Positions 1 through 9,330 of a stretch of DNA of 32,339 bases are shown here, one piece after another. Source of the DNA: a virus (lineage: Duplodnaviria > Heunggongvirae > Uroviricota > Caudoviricetes); IMG/VR virus record IMGVR_UViG_2526164646_000008, positions 1-32,339 of that record. One strand, 5' to 3'. Within the stretch, counting starts at the first letter, position 1, and each line of letters begins with the position of its first letter. The translations under genes were made by a program, and so were the position numbers. A model generated the notes under the pieces. The model made no database searches. It was not told where the DNA came from and saw only the letters and a list, made by a program, of their open reading frames with translations.

Positions 1-241
1 TATCCAGCTCTGAATCCGGTGCCTGTGCCCGGATGAAGACGGCAATATGCAGAACAGCCTGCCAGTCATCTTCATCCGTCATTTTTCCGGTGTACTGAGC
101 ATCACTCAGCCACACCGCCACGGCAGGCAGTTCCTGCGCATCAATAAATGCCGGAAGCCCGTCAAAAAACGTGGCGCTGTCTCCACACTGTTCCCGAAGG
201 CGTGCCAGCACGCTCTGACGGATTTGTGTGTGTCGGTTCAT
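1..241 (-). CDS. Phage minor tail protein, lambda gpU-like (5' part; gene runs past window start)
   Basis: Minus-strand reading from ATG 241..239 gives MNRHTQIRQSVLARLREQCGDSATFFDG..., recalled similarity to lambda U; ATGA overlap with upstream Z-like stop; FI-FII-Z-U synteny. Confidence 0.6.
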   Translation of the reverse strand, partial: MNRHTQIRQSVLARLREQCGDSATFFDGLPAFIDAQELPAVAVWLSDAQYTGKMTDEDDWQAVLHIAVFIRAQAPDSELD

Positions 242-828
242 TTACTCAGATGTAACCTCAGTTGTTGTTTCAGGGCATACCCCAGCTGTTTCGGCATTTC
301 CGCAGCAATGATGCGGTCGCGGGCATCTTCAAATGCCTGTGTCAGCGGTCCGGACAGCGGGATTTTCACTACCTCCACAGGAAGACGATTTTTTCTTAGC
401 CTGCCCTGATGGTCATGCCCTGTTGCAAAACGCGCTTCAGGAAGACACCTCAGAACATGCCAGCGGCCATTCGCCAGTTGCTGAACAAATGCCCCCCGGA
501 AAAAGTATTTTCCCACTCTCAGTCCTTCACCAGCACGCCGCCGTGTTGTGTTCAGTTTGATGGCGGGCAGATTGCCCCGGTTAACGCGGATCCTGGCCGT
601 CATTTTTCCTGACGGACTGGCTTTAAACACCCGGACACGCTGACGTACCAGTTTCAGGGGGATCCCTTTCACCTGGTTATCGCCCGCAACGGTATTCCCG
701 GCAACCTGCCGGGTGGCAACCGAGACCGCTTTCTGTGCCACACGGTTTATCGCCCATGCGCTGGCCTGTGGCACCATACGGGTATCAAGGCTGTTCAGAT
801 TGCGGATGGCATTCTCAAGCCCCTTCAT
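238..828 (-). CDS. Phage minor tail protein, lambda gpZ-like
   Basis: 196-aa track ORF (MKGLENAIRNLNSLDTRMVPQASAWAINRVA...), length and sequence resemble lambda Z; sits between FII-like and U-like genes. Confidence 0.65.
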   Translation of the reverse strand: MKGLENAIRNLNSLDTRMVPQASAWAINRVAQKAVSVATRQVAGNTVAGDNQVKGIPLKLVRQRVRVFKASPSGKMTARIRVNRGNLPAIKLNTTRRRAGEGLRVGKYFFRGAFVQQLANGRWHVLRCLPEARFATGHDHQGRLRKNRLPVEVVKIPLSGPLTQAFEDARDRIIAAEMPKQLGYALKQQLRLHLSK

Positions 829-1186
829 AATATCGTCCTGCCCTTACGTTTCCCGGCAGCCCCTCACGCCGCAACCGGATATAACTACATCCGCCATCAT
901 CAGGGGTGATACGATCCACACAGAAAGACTCACGACCAATCATCAGCGAATCATTGCGACACAGCCGTAAAATATCTGCTGTTTTCACAAACAGGGATGG
1001 TAAAGAGTCTTCAATACGCACACCGCCGGCCACCAGAGAAATATTTTCAGGATCATCAAAAACCCCGGAAATCATGATCCCTTTTAGCCGGCCTGACGTA
1101 ATGACCGCTCTAATCCCCATATTGCGAATAATGGCCTTGTCTGCGAGATCAAGTGCAACATCAAACAGATTATCGAAATCAGCCAC
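815..1186 (-). CDS. Head-tail joining protein, lambda gpFII-like
   Basis: 123-aa ORF MADFDNLFD...VFDDPENIS...PSLFV...PDDGG closely resembles lambda FII as recalled. Confidence 0.65.
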   Translation of the reverse strand: MADFDNLFDVALDLADKAIIRNMGIRAVITSGRLKGIMISGVFDDPENISLVAGGVRIEDSLPSLFVKTADILRLCRNDSLMIGRESFCVDRITPDDGGCSYIRLRREGLPGNVRAGRYYEGA

Positions 1187-1197
1187 GCTGCCTCCCG

Positions 1198-1599
1198 TTA
1201 TTGCATTCTGGCCAGGCCACGTTCTGTCATTCCGGCTGCCACACCGGCAAAGACACGGAACGCCATTCCCGGCGGCACAAATGCCAGAGGTTCATCCCGC
1301 GTGGCATGAAGTGCATCGGTATGCAGCGTCACCAGTGCCACGACTGTAACCAGATCATCCATATTCTGAATCACGGTCTCCGGCTGCGCTGATATCACCT
1401 CATTTTCATGTCCGGTCAGCGCATTTTCCGGGTGGGCAGACTTATCCCGGATGTCAGTGTCATCCATATTGGCAAGTTCCTCCTCCAGCTCAGCCACACG
1501 CTGCGCAATATCTGCTGCGCTTCCCGAGATATCCGGCTCACGTCCCAGCGATGCTGCCAGTTCTCTCAGACGTTTCAGGTTATCGTCTTTCTTTGCCAT
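1198..1599 (-). CDS. DNA-packaging/head completion protein, lambda gpFI-like
   Basis: 133-aa acidic ORF immediately upstream of the FII-like gene, size and position as lambda FI. Confidence 0.55.
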   Translation of the reverse strand: MAKKDDNLKRLRELAASLGREPDISGSAADIAQRVAELEEELANMDDTDIRDKSAHPENALTGHENEVISAQPETVIQNMDDLVTVVALVTLHTDALHATRDEPLAFVPPGMAFRVFAGVAAGMTERGLARMQ

Positions 1600-1861
1600 A
1601 TCTGTTCCTGTCCGAATAAAAAACGGGAGCCCGCCGTTACTTTATTCGTACCCCTTATAATGGGGTGTTAGCCAGCCAGACCCGGCATGATTACTGCCCC
1701 CAGTCGTCCATGATCCGGGGGGGATGTCACCGGGTCTGGTGGGGCGCTGGTAACCGCTAATAGGGGTCAGGTCAGGCACTTTTGCCGGGACCGTCTGTAA
1801 CGTGGATGCCGGTACCTGCTCCCCGTGGTTATCTGGTTAACCCATATACAAGGGAGACAGA

Positions 1862-3057
1862 ATGACCGAATCCAGCGATTACGAATCCGTCCAGGTCTTT
1901 ATCGGCGTTGATGTCGGTAAAGATACGCATCACGCTGTTGCCATTAATCGTTCAGGTAAACGCCTGTTCGATAAAGCATTACCCAACGACGAAAACAAAC
2001 TCAGGTCGCTAATATCTGACCTGAAACAACATGGTCAGATACTGCTGGTTGTTGATCAGCCAGCTACCATCGGTGCGTTACCTGTCGCCGTTGCCCGCTC
2101 AGAAGGAGTCCTTGTCGGATACCTCCCTGGACTGGCCATGCGCCGCATAGCCGACTTACACGCCGGTGAAGCTAAAACTGATGCTCGTGACGCTGCCATC
2201 ATTGCCGAAGCTGCCCGTACCTGCCTCACGCGCTACGCACGCTGAAACTGGCTGACGAGCAAATCGCCGAACTCTCCATGCTCTGCGGCTTCGATGATGA
2301 TCTTGCCGCACAGACAACGCAGGCCAGCAACCGTATCCGCGGCCTTCTGACCCAGATACATCCGGCACCGGAGCGCGTTCTCGGTCCGAGACTTGAGCAC
2401 CCGGCGGTACTCGATCTTCTCCAGCGATATCCCTCACCAGAAAAACTCGCTTCGCTGGGTGAGAAGAAGCTGGCAGCCCAGCTCTGCAAACTTGCGCCTC
2501 GTCTGGGTAAACGCCTTGCAGCAGACATAGCTCAGGCACTGGCCGACAAACCGTCGTCGTTCCCGGCACGAATGCCGCTGCCGTAGTACTGCCACGTCTG
2601 GCACTCCAGCTCATCACGCTGCGTAAGCAAAGAGACGAGGTGGCGCTTGAGGTAGAACAGCGAGTTCTTGCTCACCCTCTTTACCCGGTCCTGACCAGTA
2701 TGCCCGGAGTCGGTGTCAGGACCGCAGCCAGACTCCTCACCCGAGGTCGCCTGCCGCGCCTTCGCCTCTGCCGCACATCTCGCTGCTTATGCTGGCCTTG
2801 CGCCGGTAACTCGGCGATCCGGCTCGTCAATACGCGGTGAGCATCCCTCGCGACGGGGTAATAAAGCTCTCAAACGGGCGTTGTTCCTGTCGGCCTTCGC
2901 CGCGCTCAGGGATCCGCTCTCCAGGGCTTACTACACCCGCAAAATGAGTCAGGGAAAACGACACAATCAGGCGCTTATCGCCCTGGCGAGACGACGCTGC
3001 GACGTTCTGTTCGCCATGATGCGCGACGGGACTTTTTATACCCCGCAGGGGTCATAA
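1862..3057 (+). pseudogene. IS110-family (DEDD-type) transposase, broken into >=4 frames by frameshifts and an in-frame stop
   Basis: Track ORFs 1862..2245, 2278..2586, 2640..2840, 2713..3057 together read as one IS110-like transposase (VFIGVDVGKDTHH N-terminus; SMPGVGVRTAARLL motif) in different frames; element ends not determinable. Confidence 0.6.
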
Positions 3058-3252
3058 CATGCTTGACAACTTAATAGGGGCCCCCCCCGACAGACCTGTG
3101 CTATCGGAAAGAAAAAAGGCCATCAGCAAAACTCTGATGACCTGAATCACCTTTACCAATATTGTATGAAAAAACACGCACGACTAATTGACAATAATTT
3201 TCATTTCCATTAAAAAAGATCGCGTAGCATTCTTAATTCATGAGGAACTTTA

Positions 3253-3317
3253 CCCGCCAGCAATCTGAGTAGCGAAAGCTGTTCATCCCCAATGTTTTTG
3301 CTGGCGGGTCCTTTTTT
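3253..3317 (+). terminator. Inverted repeat cccgccagcaa / ttgctggcggg followed by T-run; possible terminator or IS110-element subterminal structure
   Basis: 11-nt perfect inverted arms 3253..3263 and 3298..3308 then tccttttttc; loop is long (34 nt). Confidence 0.3.
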
Positions 3318-3756
3318 CTACGGTCCTCCTCCCCGGAGGGGGGCATTTCATTATTTTTCTAATCGTTACTGGTGAGAAGGCGGAAGAAAAAGCCAGTTCT
3401 TCGCCCCTAAATAACAGCATGATTCCAGTCCATGCAAAATCTGATTTCCAGCTCACACATACCGAGCGCTGTACAAAAAACCGCCAGCCAAGGCAGTTAA
3501 GAGTGTGTTCCCGGGGTTTGCTTAGAATATTTTGTAAGTTGTCCGAAGAGATATTTACAACACCAGAATGATGAATCATCAGTCCCCTGCCAGAGGTTCA
3601 CTACGTAACCTGACCGACAATGCACCATTCTGGTGCTGAAAAAAGAGCACTGGAACTGCAACAAAACAACATCACAGAACAGGAGATGGTAAGGAGTCAG
3701 ACATTCCCACACAATATTGTGTCAGTGCAAATAACAACCTTCGTCTCAAATCTCGC

Positions 3757-3831
<75 letters not shown>

Positions 3832-3834
3832 ATA

Positions 3835-3910
<76 letters not shown>

Positions 3911-3912
3911 GC

Positions 3913-3989
3913 TGGCCCACCACCGAGGACTCGAACCTCGGACCGTCAACTTAGAAGGTTGATGCTCTATCCGGATGAGCTAGTGGTGG
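3913..3989 (-). tRNA. tRNA-Arg (anticodon UCU), unusual C1:G72 acceptor pair
   Basis: Reverse complement CCACCACTAGCTCATCCGGATAGAGCATCAACCTTCTAAGTTGACGGTCCGAGGTTCGAGTCCTCGGTGGTGGGCCA; anticodon loop CTTCTAA; 1 nt from next tRNA. Confidence 0.65.
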
Positions 3990-3990
3990 T

Positions 3991-4066
3991 TGGTGGCCCT
4001 TGCTGGACTTGAACCAGCGACCTGGCGATTATGAGTCGCTCGCTCTCACCACTGAGCTAAAGGGCC
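3991..4066 (-). tRNA. tRNA with CAU anticodon, Ile2 (lysidine)-type, ileX/ileZ-like
   Basis: Reverse complement GGCCCTTTAGCTCAGTGGTGAGAGCGAGCGACTCATAATCGC...GGTTCAAGTCCAGCAAGGGCCACCA, near-identical architecture to E. coli ileX as recalled. Confidence 0.7.
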
Positions 4067-4158
4067 GGAGGCAGAATAATAACCATATGTCATCACATCT
4101 GCAAACTCATCTGACCACCAGCACGTTTAACGTCCTGTGCCATTTTTCAGGCATAAAA

Positions 4159-4186
4159 AACCGCTCGGCGGCGGGTTTTGCTTACT
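4159..4186 (-). terminator. Weak GC hairpin plus T6 on minus strand between Q-like gene and tRNA cluster (tR'-like position)
   Basis: Minus strand reads AAAACCCGCCGCCGAGCGGTTTTTT; stem only about 4 bp. Confidence 0.3.
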
Positions 4187-4241
4187 TTACCATCGCGTAC
4201 AAAATCGGCAAAGTATCAGATTTGCATGAGATATATGCCTT

Positions 4242-4937
4242 TTAATCTACTTTTGCAATACTTTGCTTTGAAAATGCCGCTTTTTGTTCTGAACGTGTTC
4301 TCATCACAAACAATAAAGCCTCACTATCCAGTCGGTGAAAAATGTGTTTCATTACAACCCAGTGACCAGTAAATGTTTTGGACCAGTTTTTGGTTGTTAC
4401 TCCCGCCAGTAATGCCAGCTCCTGATATTCATAACCTTCCCCACCAAAAAGTTCTGCTTTTACCGCCTGCGCCGCCAGCCAGATTAATTTTTTCAGGCGT
4501 TCCTGTGTTTTCTCTGCAATTTTCCTAGTGCCAGAATGAGCCTTAAACTCTTCCCACGCCCAGTGGGTTATGGTGATCTGATACTCCCAGCAAATACTTC
4601 CGCTGTAACACCACAACAACCAGGCTTTATAGTGCTCTTCAAGAGACAGAACAGCCCGCCGCCACGATGATGTCGAAAACGCAACCTGACTGACCAGAGG
4701 AATTGACGCCCCCTTCGCCAGTGATTGTTTTCCCGGGATTGGTGGATTATCCCGCGTTATCATTTTTCCGGTCACCTCATCGCGGTACCGGATTTTTTTA
4801 CGCCTGTAACGCCCTGTATCGAACATGGCATTCTCCTGCCAGGCTTCAAGCTGACCTTTTGTCGCCCCACTCAAATCAGCGGTGGCGATAATGAGCTGCT
4901 CACGAACAAACTGTAAATACTGGTTATTCATGCACAC
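4242..4937 (-). CDS. Putative late-gene antiterminator (Q-like, 231 aa)
   Basis: Position immediately downstream of rusA and upstream of the phage tRNA cluster, as Q in lambdoid phages; 10-nt overlap with rusA; assignment is by synteny, sequence not recognised with certainty. Confidence 0.45.
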   Translation of the reverse strand: MCMNNQYLQFVREQLIIATADLSGATKGQLEAWQENAMFDTGRYRRKKIRYRDEVTGKMITRDNPPIPGKQSLAKGASIPLVSQVAFSTSSWRRAVLSLEEHYKAWLLWCYSGSICWEYQITITHWAWEEFKAHSGTRKIAEKTQERLKKLIWLAAQAVKAELFGGEGYEYQELALLAGVTTKNWSKTFTGHWVVMKHIFHRLDSEALLFVMRTRSEQKAAFSKQSIAKVD

Positions 4938-5287
4938 TCCAGCTCTGTGATTTTTATCCCCAACCGACCACCAGGAACAGGCAGTCCGCGCACAATATTG
5001 GTTTCATCAAACTGCTCGTCGTCGATAAGCAACCCCGCATGTGTCAGTGCATCCAGTGGTGCTTTCAGGATATTGTCCAGGTCACGACGCCGCTTATCCG
5101 GTGGCTCTGCAATAATCTTTATCGCCAGTCTTCCGGACAGGCTTAATTTCAGTCGCTGCTGACGGACAATAAGCGCCACATCCCGGCGATAACGCTCACC
5201 GGCTTTTGATACAAAATATGTGCTGCCACGACGTCGCCAGTAAGTATTCACCGTCGGCGGATAAGGTAAAATAAACTCATGGCGCAT
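4928..5287 (-). CDS. rusA: Holliday-junction resolvase RusA
   Basis: 119-aa ORF with RusA hallmark ...PDKRRRDLDNILKAPLDALTHAGLLIDDEQ...GGRL..I.I.E. Confidence 0.7.
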   Translation of the reverse strand: MRHEFILPYPPTVNTYWRRRGSTYFVSKAGERYRRDVALIVRQQRLKLSLSGRLAIKIIAEPPDKRRRDLDNILKAPLDALTHAGLLIDDEQFDETNIVRGLPVPGGRLGIKITELECA

Positions 5288-5426
5288 CAGCGCAGCACCT
5301 CCTGCACCAGCTTTTCAAACTTTCCGACTCTGGTTTCCAGCTCTGCCACACAGTCCACCAGCTCATCTACTGCTTTCTGTGCGCGATGCTTCGCCTGCAT
5401 CAGTTCCCGAAGCGCGGGTACCATAT
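5287..5426 (-). pseudogene. 3' fragment of a phage gene truncated at its 5' side by IS600 (native part ...MVPALRELMQAKHRAQKAVDELVDCVAELETRVGKFEKLVQEVLR)
   Basis: Track ORF 5287..5475 starts inside the IS600 end ([16 protein letters not shown] is IS-derived, same 16 aa as ORF 18533); TGATG stop/start overlap with rusA. Confidence 0.5.
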
Positions 5427-5490
5427 TGAGGTAGCCTGAGTTTAACGGACACTCCTTCCTGAAATAGAATGGCATCAGAAGGAGCTAATA

Positions 5491-5778
5491 ATGAGCAGAA
5501 AAACCCAACGTTACTCTAAATAGTTCAAAGCCGAAGCTGTCAGAACGGTTCTTGAAAATCAACTTTCGATCAGTGAAGGCGCTTCCCGATTATCCCTTCC
5601 TGAAGGCACTTTAGGACAATGGGTTACCGCCGCCAGAAAAGGGCTCGGTACTCCTGGTTCCCGCACGGTGGCTGAACTGGAATCTGAAATTCTGCAACTG
5701 CGTAAGGCGTTAAATGAAGCTCGCCTTGAGCGCGATATATTAAAAAAGCAACAGCGTATTTTGCACAGGAGTCGCTGA
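5491..5778 (+). pseudogene. IS600 orfA with premature stop at codon 11
   Basis: TAG at 5521..5523 (tactctaaaTAGttcaaagcc) where copy 2 has GAG (YSKEFKAEA). Confidence 0.75.
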
Positions 5779-5827
5779 AAAATACGCGTTAATCGAACAA
5801 TGGCGACAACAATTTCCCATTGAAGCG

Positions 5828-6646
5828 ATGTGTCAGGTATTTGGTGTATCCAGGAGCGGTTATTACAACTGGGTACAGCATGAACCCTCAGACAGAAAAC
5901 AAAGTGATGAGCGGCTAAAACTGGAGATTAAGGTGGCACATATCCGCACTCGCGAAACATATGGAACCCGGCGGCTCCAGACGGAGCTGGCAGAGAATGG
6001 CATCATCGTTGGTCGTGACCGACTGGCACGTCTTCGTAAGGAGCTGAGGCTACGCTGTAAGCAGAAACGCAAGTTCAGAGCGACTACGAACCCGAACCAC
6101 AATCTGCCAGTTGCGCCAAATCTGCTGAACCAGACGTTCGCTCCTACAGCACCAAATCAGGTCTGGGTGGCGGACCTGACGTATGTTGCCACACAGGAGG
6201 GATGGTTGTACCTCGCTGGCATCAAAGATGTTTATACGTGTGAAATTGTCGGCTACGCCATGGGAGAGCGCATGACAAAAGAGCTGACAGGTAAAGCCCT
6301 GTTTATGGCGCTCAGGAGCCAGCGCCCACCTGCCGGGCTAATCCACCACTCTGATCGAGGTTCACAGTACTGCGCATACGATTACCGGGTCATACAGGAG
6401 CAGTCTGGTCTGAAAACATCAATGTCGCGTAAAGGTAACTGTTACGACAACGCTCCGATGGAAAGCTTCTGGGGAACGCTGAAAAATGAGAGCCTGAGCC
6501 ACTATCGTTTTAATAACCGGGATGAAGCCATCTCAGTAATACGGGAATACATTGAGATTTTCTACAATCGTCAGCGTCGTCACTCTCGTCTGGGGAATAT
6601 CTCCCCGGCAGCCTTCAGGGAAAAATATCATCAGATGGCTGCTTAA
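5828..6646 (+). CDS. IS600 orfB transposase (DDE)
   Basis: 272-aa track ORF, identical to copy 3 orfB and 1 aa different from copy 2 orfB. Confidence 0.85.
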   Translation: MCQVFGVSRSGYYNWVQHEPSDRKQSDERLKLEIKVAHIRTRETYGTRRLQTELAENGIIVGRDRLARLRKELRLRCKQKRKFRATTNPNHNLPVAPNLLNQTFAPTAPNQVWVADLTYVATQEGWLYLAGIKDVYTCEIVGYAMGERMTKELTGKALFMALRSQRPPAGLIHHSDRGSQYCAYDYRVIQEQSGLKTSMSRKGNCYDNAPMESFWGTLKNESLSHYRFNNRDEAISVIREYIEIFYNRQRRHSRLGNISPAAFREKYHQMAA

Positions 6647-6688
6647 AAAAGAACAAATGGTAGTGTCCGCTATTGCCAGTACACCTCA

Positions 6689-6898
6689 CAACGCCATCCT
6701 GACAAGCGTTTTATCTTCAACGGGAATGAGATATGGAAACGTGGAGAATCAACCACAGAGTATACCCGCGCACACCAGCGAACAATCAGACGACTGCGCA
6801 GACTCATCGCCAGGAAACAGTATACAGAAAAATGGTTCAGAAAATATGACACATGGAGCGCCGGATATTACGAACTGATGGCAACAAAACCATTCTGA
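6689..6898 (+). pseudogene. Orphan 3' gene fragment (69 codons, no start) reading out of the IS600 right end
   Basis: Open frame from 6689 to TGA 6896..6898: QRHPDKRFIFNGNEIWKRGESTTEYTRAHQRTIRRLRRLIARKQYTEKWFRKYDTWSAGYYELMATKPF; protein-like composition; absent from ORF track because it lacks a start. Confidence 0.4.
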
Positions 6899-6958
6899 CG
6901 TAAACGAAATTAACCATGACGCAATTAAATAAGGCAAGCCGAATACATCAGGAGGACC

Positions 6959-7147
6959 ATGAACATTTATTTCAGAATAGTTATATCACTGGCAATTATC
7001 GCATGTATTTACGGATTAATCGTTCCGGCCCTCATATCAATGAAGGATACGGTAGCAGTGATTTCTGGCTTTGCTCTGGCGTGTCTGACCCCGCCCTGCA
7101 TTTATGCCATTTATAAGGGTCTTTCTTTTTCTAAGGATAAAAGATGA
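6959..7147 (+). CDS. Small membrane protein (62 aa, two hydrophobic segments)
   Basis: Strong SD aggagga 6 nt upstream of ATG; stop overlaps start of next gene (ATGA). Confidence 0.55.
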   Translation: MNIYFRIVISLAIIACIYGLIVPALISMKDTVAVISGFALACLTPPCIYAIYKGLSFSKDKR

Positions 7148-7971
7148 AAAAAGTTATTCCTGCTTTAGCCCTTGTTCTGCTGACCACCGGACTTGTCGGT
7201 TGCGATCGCGTTGAGCCTGGTAATGTTGGCATCAAGGTAAACAAACTGGGCGACGATAAAGGCGTCGGAGAAGTGGTCGGTGTTGGGCGCTACTGGACGG
7301 GATGGAACACTGAGGTTTACATCTTCCCGACCTTCAAACAAATGAAGACCTACGATGAGCCATTCAGCTTCCAGATGAGTGACGGTACAACCATCGGCTA
7401 TCACATCGGCGTGGCCTACAAAGTTGATCCATCCAAAGTTACCACAGTCTTTCAGACCTACCGCAAAGGCGTGGACGACATTACCGACACCGACCTGCGC
7501 CAGAAGATAGCCGACGCACTCAACCGACTGGCCAGCAAAATGACCACCGACAAATTTATCGACGGCGGCAAGTCTGAGCTGCTGGATGCAGCTCTTAAAG
7601 ACATTCAGGAAGAAATGACGCCCATCGGTATTCAGGTAATGAGCCTCTCATATGTGGGTAAGCCGGAGTACCCGCCTACTGTTATCGACAGCATTAATGC
7701 CAAAGTCACGGCGAACCAGAAAACCCTGCAATGCGAGCAGGAAGTAAAACAGCGCGAAGCGGAAGCCAACATGTTGCGCGCGGAAGCTGCCGGACAGGCA
7801 GATGCGATTCGCACAAAAGCCCAGGCCGAAGCCGATGCTATTCGTTTACGCGGTGAAGCTCTGCGCCAGAACCCAAACGTTATGGAGCTGGAAGCCATCA
7901 ACAAGTGGAACGGTACACTGCCGCAATACATGACCAGCGGTGCCAACACACCATTTATTCAGGTTAAGTAA
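7144..7971 (+). CDS. Lipoprotein, probable SPFH/band-7 (prohibitin-like) family
   Basis: Signal peptide with lipobox LVGC; C-terminal Ala/Glu-rich coiled coil (AEANMLRAEAAGQADAIRTKAQAEADAIRLRGEA) typical of HflK/C-like proteins; family call from pattern only. Confidence 0.45.
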   Translation: MKKVIPALALVLLTTGLVGCDRVEPGNVGIKVNKLGDDKGVGEVVGVGRYWTGWNTEVYIFPTFKQMKTYDEPFSFQMSDGTTIGYHIGVAYKVDPSKVTTVFQTYRKGVDDITDTDLRQKIADALNRLASKMTTDKFIDGGKSELLDAALKDIQEEMTPIGIQVMSLSYVGKPEYPPTVIDSINAKVTANQKTLQCEQEVKQREAEANMLRAEAAGQADAIRTKAQAEADAIRLRGEALRQNPNVMELEAINKWNGTLPQYMTSGANTPFIQVK

Positions 7972-7978
7972 TACATAT

Positions 7979-7999
7979 GCCCGGTATTACACGCCGGGC
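7979..7999 (+). other. Hairpin gcccgg-N9-ccgggc between SPFH gene and ORF6N gene
   Basis: 6-bp GC stem seen directly; no U-tract, so probably not a strong terminator. Confidence 0.3.
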
Positions 8000-8014
8000 T
8001 GTCTGGAGATAAAA

Positions 8015-8764
8015 ATGAATACTGTAACCATCAACAACAAACAGTTTCCGGTAATCGAATATCGCGGTCAGCGTGTTGTGACGCTGGCGATGATTGATGA
8101 AGTCCACCAGCGACCGGAAGGAACCGCGCGTGCAGCATTCAACCGAAACCGTGAGCATTTCATCAGCGGTGTGGATTATGCCGAATTAGGTGCGGACGTA
8201 ATACGTACGGACCTCCCGGAAGGAACATTCTCTAAATTTGCACCATCGGGGATTGTACTTTTTGAATCAGGTTACCTGATGTTGACGAAGCCATTCAATG
8301 ACGCCCTTGCCTGGCAGGTTCAGCGCGAACTGGTTAACAGCTACTTCCGCACTCGCACACCGCTAACGGAAATCGAGATGATCGCTGCGATAGCCGCCGA
8401 CGCTGTTCGTCAACAGAAGCGCCTGAATCATGTGGAAGAACAGCTCGAAACAGTCACAGAAGCGGTGGAAACCATCAAACGCGGAAATATGCGCGCCGGA
8501 TATGTCGGTTACCGCCAGGTGGTAGCCAAAAGTGGAATGAGTGACACCAAGTGTCGGAATCTGGTGAACGCATATCAAATTCCTACAGACACCCACGAAT
8601 TCATGACTCCGGACGGTCTGTTGTCTCGCAGGGCTATCGTCGAGCTTGAGCCATTTATGGCGGCGTTCCACCAAATGATGTCAGAGGCTGACCCACGCGG
8701 CACACGCTGGTATCACCCGAAGATGGGGCTTTTCCAGGTGATCGGATGGGAGGATAAAGCATGA
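8015..8764 (+). CDS. ORF6N-domain (antirepressor-like) protein, 250 aa
   Basis: N-terminus NNKQFPVIEYRGQRVVT...NFNRNREHFISGVDY matches the ORF6N pattern FP.IE..GQRV.T....NF..N..RF.EG; SD ggaga upstream of ATG 8015 (track start 7940 is an upstream extension). Confidence 0.5.
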   Translation: MNTVTINNKQFPVIEYRGQRVVTLAMIDEVHQRPEGTARAAFNRNREHFISGVDYAELGADVIRTDLPEGTFSKFAPSGIVLFESGYLMLTKPFNDALAWQVQRELVNSYFRTRTPLTEIEMIAAIAADAVRQQKRLNHVEEQLETVTEAVETIKRGNMRAGYVGYRQVVAKSGMSDTKCRNLVNAYQIPTDTHEFMTPDGLLSRRAIVELEPFMAAFHQMMSEADPRGTRWYHPKMGLFQVIGWEDKA

Positions 8765-9330
8765 TCATCCAGTCAAAACTTATTCGCGCCGCTCTGGTGT
8801 GCGCTGCTAAAAACGACGTTCGTTATTACCTGAACGGTCTTCACATCACGCCGAAACATATTGAGGCAACCAATGGTTCCGTGGCACTGCGCATGGCTCA
8901 CGGCATCCGGACGAAGAAAAACATCATTGTCCAGTTCGAAGGGGGCGTCCCGGCCAAAGCCGAAACGACAGAGCTGATTTTTAGTAAAGAGCCGATCGCT
9001 GTTCATCGCGACCAGTTTCAGCGACGACTGTCCATTACCGGCATTAAACTGGTGGACGGTTGTTTTCCGGATTTGGATCGCATCATTCCGAAAAAGTTTG
9101 ACCGCTGTACTCACCCGGTGCTCCAGGCGGGTTACCTGAGTTATCCAGAGAAGATGTTTGGTCGTGAGCGTAAATTTATTCCCGTCCAGTTACGTCCCTC
9201 CGGTGACGGGCAAGCGGTCAGAATTCAGTTTGATTCCATCATCAACTCAATGTATGGCAATCCTGAATTTGTTGTGATGCCTTGTCGTGATCATGGCGAT
9301 TTCAACGTGGCTCAGGAGCATCCGGAATGA
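8761..9330 (+). CDS. DnaN (DNA polymerase III beta sliding clamp)-like protein lacking domain I
   Basis: Motifs DVRYYLNG, KLVDGCFPDLDRIIPK and FVVMPCR in same order and spacing as E. coli DnaN domain II-III as recalled; ATGA overlap with upstream gene. Confidence 0.5.
   Translation: MIIQSKLIRAALVCAAKNDVRYYLNGLHITPKHIEATNGSVALRMAHGIRTKKNIIVQFEGGVPAKAETTELIFSKEPIAVHRDQFQRRLSITGIKLVDGCFPDLDRIIPKKFDRCTHPVLQAGYLSYPEKMFGRERKFIPVQLRPSGDGQAVRIQFDSIINSMYGNPEFVVMPCRDHGDFNVAQEHPE

Larger units (their letters stand above)
5427..6688 (+). mobile_element. IS600 (IS3 family), copy 1, complete ends
   Basis: Ends TGAGGTAGCCTGAGTTTAACGGACAC (5427..) and revcomp of TGAGGTGTACTGGCAATAGCGGACAC (..6688); three near-identical copies in window; no 3-bp target duplication (tat vs caa). 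Confidence 0.8.

Noticed and set aside
47-1671. Plus-strand track ORFs (47..409, 333..560, 409..612, 713..970, 906..1349, 1153..1392, 1408..1671) across the tail-gene region
   Set aside because: They run antisense to well-supported U/Z/FII/FI-like genes, have no RBS support and non-protein-like composition; treated as spurious.
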